A DNA stretch of 63,841 bases, counting the filler, from Hausera hauseri (lineage: Eukaryota), in the NCBI GenBank assembly GCA_046269625.1. It is 12 parts of 12 records of this genome, joined end to end, with 100 filler letters (N's around TTAATTAATTAA, not from the genome) between each part and the next. Parts side by side here need not be neighbours in the genome. Positions count along the whole stretch, not along the records: positions 1 to 6,174 come from JBJURY010130317.1; positions 6,275 to 11,234 come from JBJURY010378369.1; positions 11,335 to 15,828 come from JBJURY010555227.1; 9 more parts are not named here. One strand, given 5' to 3'. Shown piece after piece: positions 1-11,388 of the stretch. The translations under genes were made by a program, and so were the position numbers. The number at the start of each line of letters is the position of its first letter. Position 1 is the stretch's first letter. The notes under the pieces were generated by a model. The model made no database searches. It was given only the letters and a program-made list of their open reading frames with translations, and was not told the DNA's origin.

Positions 1-109
1 GTGTCCATAGTGCACAGTGTGCACTACCGATCGGCACATGTGCAAAATCCATTTATCGATTACCCCACCCCTCCACGGGGTGGGGCAGAACCGCCATTTT
101 CACACTACT
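1..109 (-). mobile_element. Polinton/Maverick terminal inverted repeat end
   Basis: Ends in ACTACT (104-109), i.e. AGTAGT on the minus strand, the typical Polinton terminus. Its reverse complement aligns with 11389-11495, upstream of a pPolB (shared AAAAT..TTCTG..CCACCCC, GCACATGTGC, TGCACAC.GTGCACT). Confidence 0.7.
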
Positions 110-717
110 GTCAACGTATAAACAATTATGACACTCATGTAACTGGTCTTACGAAAGCGCATATAATCAACCAAATGGATATTAACCATTTCTATACCAG
201 AATCTCAACCGTTCTTACAGATAAAATGTTCACCGGGGGGACATCATTCATACGCTAACTACTGACTTCAAATGTCCACTACGAAAAATCAGAGGGGTGT
301 TTGATATTTTATATGACGACCTGGTTGCTCAAAAATACCCAATGGACTCCGTAAATTTTCGGGATTTAACCAGAAAATTTTACGAGACTCGGACTATGCC
401 GTTGCATAGTACCGTTCTAGTCCAATGTTTCTAGTCAATTTACTCCACGTTACAATAGTCAGACGAAGTCATAACGAATGAAACGGTTCCCGATAAGGTT
501 CTAAGTAAACCACTGGAGATATCATCACTAAAGCGAAAATTGGAAATGGATACAGAAGTTCTAGTAAACGGCGAGAAATACATCTTGGACGCCATATGTT
601 ACAAAGCTCAGTCCGGAAAGACAATCTCCTTCCTACCCCAACCGTGAAATTTGGGGCAATTTCTTCGAACCCCCATAGAATTATTGAACTTCGAATCACA
701 GTTTTTCAGTTTTTAAT

Positions 718-840
718 GACCCAATTCAAGATATCATTTGAACTATGATTCGATCACGATTATTTGACACAATCTAAGACATAATCTTAATTTGAACTAT
801 GATCGATCACAATTATTTGACCCAATTTATGACATAATTT
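718..840 (+). repeat. Imperfect tandem repeat, about 50-bp unit, about 2.3 copies
   Basis: ATTTGAACTATGAT(T)CGATCAC.ATTATTTGAC.CAAT occurs twice in tandem. Confidence 0.75.
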
Positions 841-961
841 TGTGTACTTCGTTGAAATGAACCAATTATGTATTTTTTCATCGAAATACCTATTAGTAAA
901 GTTATTGGTGCATGATTTTTTCCTTGTCATGTTATATTTCTTATTAGTTGCGTACAACTTT

Positions 962-1472
962 TGTTATTCATTGTACCTGAAAAAGGTACTATATATACCT
1001 GAACCAATATACTGACAGTTCGACAATCATTTACAATCACCGATGACTCTGTAATAATTTTTGAATGACTTCTCATTGCTTAATATCTGTGAGTTTGTTA
1101 TTATTATTTATTGAAATTTTCTTTGAATATCATTTTTTACTAACGTTTTTGTATTTCATTATTTAAATAATTTAAGTAAGCACGTTTAGTAAGTTGGCAC
1201 TAGTCCCGACACACGTTCGGTCCGACGTCCCATTAATCAATTAAGGATACTGTCAAATAATACATTAGCAAGTAAGAAGTTACGGTGGACCTTACACATC
1301 ACCTATAAGTTAGCTAAGTAAGATCCTCGTACATTCTCTCATTGAAACCCGCTACAGACTCGTATAACTCACAAGGAGAACGATCCTTACCAACGTTATT
1401 GTTCACTTCAGTAATTGAATTAAACGTACGAATAATAGTTACTCTCCCATTTCAATTAATGGAGATTGAACA
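962..1472 (+). mobile_element. Putative LTR related to the LTR at 17805-18326
   Basis: TG...CA ends, the same 3' end (GATTGAACA), and the same order of TATATATACC, GTGAGT and TGAATAT.ATTTTT. No TSD found, so the left boundary is uncertain. Confidence 0.4.
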
Positions 1473-1849
1473 TATTCAATAATATAGATGTATTTTATTT
1501 GGTTAATTGGAATTTTCATTCAGTTCATTCAACTGTTAAATAAATTTTATCTGTTGCATGAAATTCAACGGGGCATATTTAACTAATTTCCCATCACTAA
1601 CCTGTAGTAAAACACGACAAAAAATTATATAATTCCATCCGTCACTCAGCACATTAAAACCACATCCGAAAGACGAGATGCAGTCTGAGCAAAGGTAATT
1701 ATTAAAATTGCGGTATCGAATGTTTTCTGTCAAACAATATATAATTAATTATTTGCTTTCATTTCACAAATATTTTGATGAATAATGAAACTATTCAAAC
1801 AACGTTTTAATTAAGAAAAGCAGCAAAAGCAATACTCATACTCACGCCA

Positions 1850-2400
1850 GTTATGGGCCTTCATTCATTACTACTTTTGGTCCAGCCGGATAATTCCGTG
1901 TGGCTTCTTGTCCACAATTATATATCGGCATTGTCAAACTCATTACAGGTGACTTTTATTTTGTTTATATGTAAATATTTTGAGTTGAAAATTGGATTGC
2001 ATTGCCCGTCATGTATTGCGATTGATGCAAAGCAGAAAACGTTGTCTGGACTCTGAATTCGCTCAGCGGCTCTGCAATCTATTTTTGTCCGTTTTTTCTT
2101 CTCGCTGCTTTCTATTCCGCCATGCATTTTTTATTTCTTTGGAAACAATCACAACTAGCCATCCCACAGACCTATTCTGGATCTCATTCACTTTTTTGAT
2201 CAATTGTCCTGACTTACCCACCCATCTCAATGCCTTCTTTCCCACATCATTCGAATGCCCACTTTCTAATCTACAAATCCACCTATCTATTGATGCAAGG
2301 TAGATAGAATAGCGCCTCGCACTGTTGTCCATTGAACTCTCCTCTGACCAGACCCCACCCATTGGCTAGCTAAAACCAGTTTCCTTCCTGCATTTCTTGG
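1850..2400 (-). pseudogene. Possible non-LTR retrotransposon ORF2 C-terminal remnant
   Basis: RLESGHSNDVGKKALRW...EIKNAWRNRK loosely resembles the post-RT region of LINE ORF2. No core RT motif is visible. Confidence 0.25.
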
Positions 2401-2494
2401 CCCCTCCCCTCCCTGTGCGAGGTCCAGCATATCTACCTACTCTAGTAGTTGAAACTTTGCTTTTTGGTCAAGGTCAACTTTAGAATCTTCAATA

Positions 2495-2730
2495 ATCGAT
2501 AGATGATGGATGCCTTCACGATAGAAACTTTGTGGTTTCGAGGCAAAATACCCATCGAGCCATTTTCGGAGAACTTAAGTTTTCGTGAATCGTTTCTCAG
2601 CTAAATGTGACTGCATCGATCTGAGCAGGTGTTAGTCAGAAGGAGTCAAGTCTACAGAATGGGGGAGAACATCCCAGCCCAATTGAAAGATGGTATTTTT
2701 CGTGGCCAAAGAAACGTATGGATGCTCACT
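2495..2730 (-). pseudogene. Mariner transposase C-terminal fragment
   Basis: Minus strand reads LGWDVLPH..DLTPSD*HLLRSMQSHL...WLDGYFASKPQSFYREGI, matching the mariner WEVLPHPPYSPDLAPSDYHLFRSL region. Confidence 0.8.
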
Positions 2731-2995
2731 GTCATGAAGCAATATTAATTTTTGAGTTACTTTTATTGTTATTTGCTAGGAGTCTAACAAATAATTCAAA
2801 TTATTCTGAGGGTTGATTTTTATTTAATTCTTTTTTACGTAACTCTTCTTGATGAAGCTGTTCACGTCGTATACGTTTTCTAGCGAAGTAAAGTTCAAGA
2901 TGTTCCTCTATTATCCACTTATAGCAAGAAATTCTATTTTGTAAACGTTTAAAAGGATTACTATCTCTCATATAACAATTCAATAATTAATTTTG

Positions 2996-3523
2996 TGTCG
3001 GAATTTAGTGATTTGCGTGCTGAGAAAATATAGAAGGTGATTAATTACCTTGGAATGTCTGTGATTCCAGGTTAAAACTTTATTTTGAAAAAGAAATTAA
3101 CTTGAAACAAAAATATATTAGTATGTAAAATATTCCCAAACCAAACAATTGAATACAACAAAAAAACTGAATAACAAATAAACGACTTACTGACAAATGA
3201 TGCTGACGATAAAGTGTGATTTCACAATAAGTGAGTGACTACAAAAATTCAAAATATCAAATTTAATTGCCTTTAGCAAACAGGCGAAACTTCGCCAAAA
3301 ATTTTCACCCAAAATTATGTTCAAAGGTGTAAATTCACCAAAAATTATTGTTCTCCTTTTTCTCAAATTTGATGTTGGTTATATACCAACTTGCCAACTA
3401 TTTTTAGCGTCAAAATAGTGGCAGAAAAAATTCACACTGTCAGTCCAGTGAGTTATTTTTGGATTGCGATTATTCATTAAATTTATTTATTTTTAGATTG
3501 CAGGCAATTCTCAATTCTCAACA
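2996..3523 (-). mobile_element. 3' LTR (about 528 bp) of a retroelement carrying accessory ORFs
   Basis: Minus strand starts TGTTGA directly after a PPT and ends CCGACA. It contains a TATA (about 3380-3385), AATAAA (3079-3084) and GT-AG intron-like segments. Confidence 0.6.
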
Positions 3524-3534
3524 TTCCCCGACCC
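3524..3534 (-). promoter_or_regulatory. Polypurine-tract-like plus-strand primer site
   Basis: GGGTCGGGGAA immediately precedes the TG of the LTR on the minus strand. Confidence 0.6.
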
Positions 3535-3542
3535 ATAAAAAT

Positions 3543-3785
3543 ACACATGCAAACTGAAAAGATAAAATAATACATAAGATGGAATTATATATACAGAAAT
3601 GAAAGGCATGAAGTGTCAAAATATCACTAATAGAATTGTCCATATACAAGCTGATTAAATACATGCAAAATGAAAAGGGGAAACAAAGATACATAATGTA
3701 AATATATACAAAAATGAAAGGCACGAATGATGAAGAATTTCGGTCAATAAAAAAATTTGTTCATATACAAAGTGATTAGATACAT
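3543..3785. repeat. Imperfect tandem duplication (about 120 bp x2) in the element 3' UTR
   Basis: ACATGCAAA.TGAAAAG...ATATATACA.AAATGAAAGGCA.GAA...CATATACAA..TGATTA.ATACAT occurs twice. Confidence 0.8.
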
Positions 3786-3925
3786 ATAATATACAAGATT
3801 TACAATCAAAAATCAATGTTACGATCAAATGTTAATGTTAATGTTCACATCTGCTTTTCAACGATGATATCGGTTTTTGTAACTGAACAACAAGACTGGA
3901 TAGCAACTGAGCTGGTCTTTGCCAT

Positions 3926-4552
3926 TTAGTTATCGAGATCCACATTTTCGTAGTCAATACGTGTATCAATAAAATCTTCCTTATCTGGTTTGGAGCCTGG
4001 TCTTGGCCGCTCTATTGGAATCAATGTGGGTTGCTTCTGTTTCATTAGGAGCAAATATTTGAGATGGCCATTAAAAAATGTTTCCGTGATAGCGTCAGAG
4101 GTTAGTGTGGTATCCATTCGTATCCGTAGTTTAGTGTTAAGCGAAATTCCATAATTAACTGGTAAATTTAACACTGCTACTGGATTCCAATAGGGAATAA
4201 TGAAATAATGATTGTTAGGTTTTTGGTATATCATCCCAATAAAAAGATTATTCTCTGTGCTCCATTTGAATACTTTTCTTGAGATCGTATCTTTTAAAAA
4301 ATATGGTCGATCGATACTGTGAATTGGCACGGGTAGATTCAAGTAATTCTTTTTTATTATGATTCCAAAATTAAATTTCAATTCTTCCTTATTAATCAAG
4401 GTATGTTCGATTTGTAGAGCCAACTTTTCGGTAGGAGACATTTGAGTTTGACTTGCCATATTAACTGTTTTTACTGGATAACGCCAACGTCCAAGCTCAC
4501 CTTCATCGTCATCTTCTGTACTCTGAGGAGCTAGTATCTGCTGTATATCCAT
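3926..4552 (-). CDS. Intact 208-aa accessory ORF of unknown function inside an LTR element
   Basis: Uninterrupted and intronless. Starts 18 bp after the upstream ORF stop and lies just 5' of the tandem repeat, PPT and LTR. Confidence 0.7.
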   Translation of the reverse strand: MDIQQILAPQSTEDDDEGELGRWRYPVKTVNMASQTQMSPTEKLALQIEHTLINKEELKFNFGIIIKKNYLNLPVPIHSIDRPYFLKDTISRKVFKWSTENNLFIGMIYQKPNNHYFIIPYWNPVAVLNLPVNYGISLNTKLRIRMDTTLTSDAITETFFNGHLKYLLLMKQKQPTLIPIERPRPGSKPDKEDFIDTRIDYENVDLDN

Positions 4553-4570
4553 GTTATCAATTATATCTTC

Positions 4571-6174
4571 TTAATTATCGCTTTCAACGTCTTGTATCTC
4601 CACATTTTCTGGTGTAGCTAAGTCTAAGTCCTCTTCAATGAAATCTTCCTTGTTATCCACCACTTTCTGACTATTTGTATTAGTTATTTCGACTTCAATC
4701 TTATGAATCCATGCGAATTCTTGTAAATATTTTTCTCGACAATAAAACAATTCTCCGACATCGACTATGTTTTCCATAATGTTGTCAGGCATCCAATGTG
4801 GTTCATGTTTGATATCTTGGATTTTCTGAAGAATGTCTAACGCCAATTCTAATTTTCCGATAATATTTTGTTCGTATATTTGTCCATTTCTGAATTTTGG
4901 TAATTTAAGTTCTCGAGCTACGTTCATTATGTCCACTGTGTTGAATGTTACTCCGGTGACTTCCGGATGTTTCAGCAAATCAATGGCGCCGGCTAGGTAA
5001 TTCGAAGGCACTTCGAACATTTGTAATGATCGGTGTATATCGAGTCCTATGGCTATTGTTCCAAATAACCATTGAATCACTTCTTTTGACATCTCATAGA
5101 TATCAAAACCATGTGCTTGTAACGATTGAAAATCAATACCGTGCCGTCCGGTATTACAATTGTGCACTCTAACACGATTCACAACCAATGAATAATACAA
5201 TATTTTACCCTTGATATTTGAAATTGTCACCTCTAGTGGTAATGGAGTATTGTCCGCTGAGAATCCAATAGATATAGTTAAAATTCGAATGGTATCTGAC
5301 TGACATGTTTGCAAATAATTTAGACGAGCGTTCATGATGAATTCTGGCGGAGTCTGGACTAGAACCATAGGTCTAGGTAAGGCCAAATGCTTTTCAGGCA
5401 GAAGCCATTCTAGCATGATTACCATTGGAATCCGATTAGGGCGAATTTGAAGCAGATCTACACTCATAGGAGTGTTTATAGCGATTGATTCCTCCTCAAA
5501 TATTGTGGAGATATTAGACAACGTATACTGGGTATTTTTCTTGGTCTTTAAAACGGCTGTTCCTCGAGCCATATGTAAAATTAAACCATCTATGGATGGA
5601 CATTCTGTGATGAATTCGTCCATATTTCTTTGTTTGGATTCTGTTATAGTAATTATCTTCGCGTGCCGGTTTACGGTAGGGCCATACTTCAAATGATTTG
5701 GGATTTTTGTCACATGAGGGTACGCCGATTCGGGGTAGATTAAAGTTTCTCGTCTAATGTGATTATAGAACGTCCGTGACATCGTCTTCGTGAACGATGA
5801 GTTTTTGGCTGCATATTGAGATAAAAGTTGATCAATTGGCAGGACGTCTGCGTGAAACAGCGGAAAATTTGTGGATGATATACTTTGGTGATGAATTGTG
5901 TTAACTGCTCGCATATCTATCATTTTTGCTTTGAACTGGTTTTGACTGGATTGATAATTAATTTTGAATTGTTTTTGAATCAATTTGCGAAAAGGGGCTG
6001 AATAAGAAAAATCATTGTTTAAATACTTACGTAAAGTTGTGTGTGTATCACATGGTGACCACATAACCAATAATAACGATGTAAAAATGGGACCTAATGT
6101 ACGTGGCGCATATGTGTGCATGCTAATTTGCGATGACATCAGCTGTGGCTGGTCACGCGATTTTAGCGGGCAGT
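4571..6174 (-). CDS. Intact ORF (522 aa or more, 5'-partial) with a degenerate DEDDh (REX4/ISG20-like) exonuclease domain
   Basis: The frame stays open to the contig end (CPLKSRDQPQL before the Met). Residues ~284-440 (LEVTISNIKGKILYYSLV..V.N.NT.RHGI...L......EV.QWLFGTIAIG) follow the REX-family pattern RVSIVN..G.V.YD.YV....V.DY.T..SGI....L......V..LL.G.ILVGH, but the catalytic acidic residues are absent. Confidence 0.65.
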
Positions 6175-6274
6175 NNNNNNNNNNNNNNNNNNNNNNNNNN
6201 NNNNNNNNNNNNNNNNNNTTAATTAATTAANNNNNNNNNNNNNNNNNNNNNNNNNNNNNNNNNNNNNNNNNNNN
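6175..6274. other. Artificial contig-joining linker (first of 11)
   Basis: 44 N + TTAATTAATTAA (stops in all six frames) + 44 N. Identical copies start at 6175, 11235, 15829, 20039, 25484, 32066, 37355, 44848, 49648, 54593 and 58986. Adjacency across these linkers has no biological meaning. Confidence 0.98.
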
Positions 6275-7339
6275 CTTCACCCATTACTCTTCCAATCACC
6301 CCATCGTCAAATGGCATTACCGAAGCTACCATATGGGGATTAATTATTACTAATGCCATCTTATTCCTTATTATTTCTTAATTCAGTTTACATTCGTTTA
6401 GTATAATTTCCCTATATAGATTTCTGACCTCATTCCTGACATAATTGATTAGAAAATCAAATTTATTATCAAAATATTGAGTCAACTTTACATCTTTCTT
6501 ATCTATTTTGGATTTTAGCTTGGGCTGCTTCCTTAGACTGTAAAAATGTGTAAAATTGGCACATTTTGTTCTGTAGCACAACAAGCAAAAACATGTGAAG
6601 TTGGTTTATGCACCATTAGACGCAGAATTAAATTTTGCACAAGATAATTTTCAGAAAAAATTAGCTACTAAGAAAAAACAATTTCTCGATAACCTAAAAA
6701 TTTTCCCACAGTCCTGGAAAATTTCCCACTCTCAACGCTTTCTTTCCTTGTGGGGGGTTGGTGTCATTCGCTTACAGCTACCTACTGGAGGAGACGCGGT
6801 CTCCAGGACGAACAGGCACAAAAATTATTCCGTTATTAAATTGCCATTGCCAATATTTCCACCGACTGCACCTATTTATGAGGATAGTGAGAAACAATCT
6901 ACGAGTTCATACAAAAGAGATATCTACAGAAAACCGTTTTACCTCGAGGATCCTTATGAAGGAACAAAACACTACGGTGTATTACTCAAAATGCACGAAA
7001 CAAAAAGAAGGTCTTCTCCATATCGTCGTTTAGCAGTCGACGATTACGGTATAATTTATTCACCTAGAATACCCAGACCAAAGGAAATGCGATCTATATT
7101 TTCGGGAGATAGTGAAGCGCAGAATTTTCTAAGCCGCCAATTAGAAATCAGGAACCGGAACACATAAATAGCACGGGTAATGAAATGTACCCAATTGGCA
7201 AGTTAAGAAAACTAATTGATCAGCAAGTCACAAGCACCGAAATTACTATCAAGGGTTACAAGGTGCAAACCGTCCGACATACAAAGATAGCGCCAAATTA
7301 CTGTGGTACGATAATCCAATGTAGGTTGTTTGCAAAAAT

Positions 7340-10300
7340 TTAGTTGGAAGATTGGGAGGTCTACGCATTGATAGATTGGAAATATCACTGATAAAGTATA
7401 ACGCAATACCGCAGCCTTTACACAAATATTATATACATCTCCAGCAACGGACTCAGGAAGTGCCGGAGCTTTTGGACAATCGTCGAAAAGCAAATTCCCA
7501 TGAAGACCACAAATCTATATAATGGAACAATCTTTCCACTACAAATTTTCAGTAATGAAACAACTAACAGTTGGTATAGTATTAGGATGTGATCTGTTGA
7601 GGCCCTTACCCAATATACCTGTAGACTTCCACGCAGGGAAATTGATAGAACTCGGTCCGATAAAAGGAGTTAAAACCACCAAGGGATAGGCAATTTGGAG
7701 GGGTATGGACTCCGGTGGATGAGAACACCCACCTAGAACGGAAGTGTTAATATACGCTGAGGTCCCTCAAGACGACGACCAACCACTATACTTTGAGAAA
7801 AGGAAATCATTAAACCCGAGCATTGTACTCAATGCCGTGTTGACCAGAGTATCAACGGGTCGGGTACCAATCGGAATAGCGAACAGTGCGCCAGTTTCGA
7901 TCAAATTATACGCTAATACCATTTTGAGTCACATGTATATTGTGTCGTCGATAAATATTAAAAAAAACCCTATAAGTCTACAGAATTCCCACCTCACGTG
8001 GAAACAAAATTTTCGTCAGAAGCATACTGTCGATTTTACGATTTACTTAGTCATTATAGCTCAGTCATCGAGAGAAACGAAGAAGAAATTGTCATAGCCA
8101 TAGCCTTGAGACTAACAATTCCTCTTAAGAAAAAGCCAGACTCCAATAATGAAATATATTTAGAGGATCAAAAGATGCCGAAATGGTATCTTATTCCGAA
8201 ATCATTAAGGTCGACGATAACCAAAGACGTTGAACGTATGTTAAAGGCTGACATAATTAGACCCAGCTACAGATCTTGTTATTCACCTATACTTAGAAGA
8301 CAGGTACTACAAAGCATCGATTTTTTATCGATTATTGAGCGCTAAACACACTTACGATGAAAGATTCTTTTCTTTTACCATGAGTAAAAGAAGCCCTAGA
8401 TAGACTATGCGGAGATAAATGGTTTACCACACTGATCCTGCAATCTGGATACTGGCAGGTAAAGATTGAGAAAGAAGATCGATACAAAACTGCATTTAAA
8501 ACGCATGACGGTGTATATTAATTTAATATCATGCCATTCGGAATAACCACCGGACCAGGTATTTTCACTCGAATGATGAGCAAAATGCTGATGGGTCTGG
8601 AACGTGCATTTGTGTACCTGAATAAAGTAATGATTGCGTCCGAAATGGAAGGAGAACATTTAAAGTATACTGAAGATACGCTCATGGGGATAGAACAAAC
8701 CGGATTGAAATTAAACACCAAGAAATGTAAATGGGCTCAGAAAGTCGTATCTTATCTCGCACATATAGTTGCAAAAGGAAAATCCAAACCTGACAGATCG
8801 CTGTTAAGTAAAATATCGTATTGTATGGAACCTTAAAATCAAAAGGAGTTAAGACATTGGTTAGGCTTATATTGATACTATGTCACTTATGTACCAGATA
8901 ATTCAAAAATAAACGCGCCGTTATATCGATTGCTTAAAAATAGAATAAAATGGAAATGAGCTGACGTCGAGCAAAAGGCTTTCAACGAAATGAAGAAAAT
9001 CTTGACTAGTGAACTGGTTTTAAGATATCTTAATTTTAACTTACCGTTTATAATTGAGACGGATGCAAGTAAAGAAGGTATTTGGTACGAGTTAGCGCAG
9101 AAACGAGAATATAAATAGTTAGAACATCTGATCGCATACGGAAGACACTCTCTAAAGAAAGCCGAGAAAAATTATTCGGTTACGGAATTAGAAACGTTAG
9201 TTGTGAAAGAATCTGTACGACATTTTAACATACACGTTTACGGACAGAAGATTATAATTGTTACAGATCACAAAGCAGTTACTACCTTGAAAGGCAGAGC
9301 AAATAACCCAACATGCAGACTCAAAATATGGGTCGAAGAAATCTCACGGTACAATATTGAAATTCAGTACAAATCCGGAAGTAAACATGTCGACACCGAC
9401 GCATTGTCAAGGCTTGAAACTAAAACGAGAGCGATTACGGTGATGAAAAAAGCACATTTCGAAGAGCTAATAGATAGATAACGAGCTCTCACACTGGATA
9501 AAACAATTAAAATTTCGGTTGAACAGAAGAAGGATAAGGTTATACAACAGAAAATCGAATTTGTCGAAAATGAGGTAATACCAAATGGCACCAATTGCAG
9601 AAACATCTACAAAGACAAGGTTGCAAATACTGCGTAGCAAGAGACACAAACCATGAAAACATACTTTATTATGAACGAAAAGGATGGAAATTAGTAGTCA
9701 TACCAAAGTTATTGAGTACATAAGTACTAATGGCTAAACATGACACATACTTAGCGGGACACATGCCGTGGAAGAAGACATTAGAAAGAATATTTAATAA
9801 GCATTACTAGCCGAGCGTGTACATCGATGTGAATAATTAAGTAAACTCTTGCGAAGTATGTGCAACCAAACAGATGAAGGTGAAAAACTATATTCCCGAT
9901 CTTAAACCAATAAACGTGCCAGACAAGCCCATGCAAGCAATGTCCATGGATATCGTAGGATCGTTGCCTACAACTCACAAAAACAATAGGTACATTCTGA
10001 CATGCATAGATCGGTTAACCATTTTGTCGAACTAATGAAACTAATGGACCAAAAGGCCGAGACGCTGGCAGAAGCCGTGGTAAGGAAAATTATCTGTAGA
10101 TATGGATCCCCGGAGCAAATTTTGACAGACCGATGGAGAAACTTTACGAGTGAACTATTCGAAAAATTACCAGAATATTCGAAATTGAAAGACTAACCAC
10201 GACCGTTTATCACCTTCTGTGCAACGGTATGGTTGAACGAATCAACACGACAGTGATACGCATCTTGTCAACCGCAGCAGCGAAGGACCAAAAGGATTGG

Positions 10301-10790
10301 GATGAATTTTTAGAAGGCACACAATTCGCCATATACAGTACACCACATCTTGTAACAGGTTTCTCTCCATCTTTATGATGTATGGCAAAGAAGCTGCGCT
10401 GCACACAGATTTAGTAATGATACCGTATACAGTGAACACAGAAGATCTAGATCAAATCTTTGTCGAAGTATTACAGACGAGACTACAGCAATGTTTGGAA
10501 ATAGCCAAGGAGTTATACAAAGAATACCAAGGACAATTTAAAAAGCAATACGGCAAGAAAACCAAACCACACGACCTAGAACTAGGAAATTTGGTTTTGT
10601 GCACTACCCCGTAGCAAAGAAAGGTACATCTCTGAAACTCACTCGAACGGGCAGAGGACCCTACAAAGTCATCAGAACCACACCAACTACATTTTACATT
10701 AATAAAATGGCAAGGAAGTAGTATCAATCCAAAGAGTGGTTAAAACGGAAATAAGGCCAAATAAACGCTATAATCTGCGTAAGAATAAAG
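7340..10790 (+). pseudogene. pol: Ty3/Gypsy pol (protease-RT-RNase H-integrase), heavily disrupted
   Basis: Protease remnants VYALID and IVLGCDLL. RT: DLQSGYWQV, KTAF, MPFGI, VYLNK for YLDD. RNase H: ETDAS, YSVTELE, TDHKA, DALSR. Integrase: H..AGH, CEVC, MDIVG, LTDR, NGMVER, GPYKV, RYNLR. Many stops and frameshifts. Confidence 0.92.
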
Positions 10791-11388
10791 GAAATCCAAG
10801 TCAAACCAAGAAAGAAAAGAGAACATCATCGATAATAACTAGACCAATGTCATATGCACAAATAATTCTTGCACTATCGCTAATTACTTCGTATATACCA
10901 AAGGTAAAAACATAATGGATAATGGATTTAGTAGAAGATATCCACGGAATTATGCCACATTTCCCAATTGAAAAAAACAACATGCAGGAAGACGGAAAGA
11001 TATACAGAATTTACAGTCTCTCAGAGTCTACTATATAAATTGGATCAAACCCTGCGCCTAGTTTAAGGCAAGCGAATCTGTTAAGAACGACGTAAAATTT
11101 CAAATAATATTTGTGGATCAAACGAGTTCAGTGGTGAAGACGTGTGTTTTTCGGCATTCAGCCTATCAGAAATGTTGCGATTTAGATTTCAAACGAACAT
11201 ATAAATGCAAATTTCAAAACTTATATTATAATCTNNNNNNNNNNNNNNNNNNNNNNNNNNNNNNNNNNNNNNNNNNNNTTAATTAATTAANNNNNNNNNN
11301 NNNNNNNNNNNNNNNNNNNNNNNNNNNNNNNNNNGCAGTTAATTCGGATGGAAAAAACATCCCAAATGATATTACAGTTTTGACACCA

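Noticed and set aside
6175-6274. Recurring TTAATTAATTAA in N-runs as a biological repeat or CRISPR-like array
   Set aside because: Fixed 44N-12-44N layout with stops in six frames marks it as a concatenation linker. ORFs ending in X-runs are artefacts.
7340-10790. Alternative genetic code or programmed readthrough to explain the many in-frame stops
   Set aside because: All three stop codons and many frameshifts occur, at different positions in paralogous copies. This is neutral decay.
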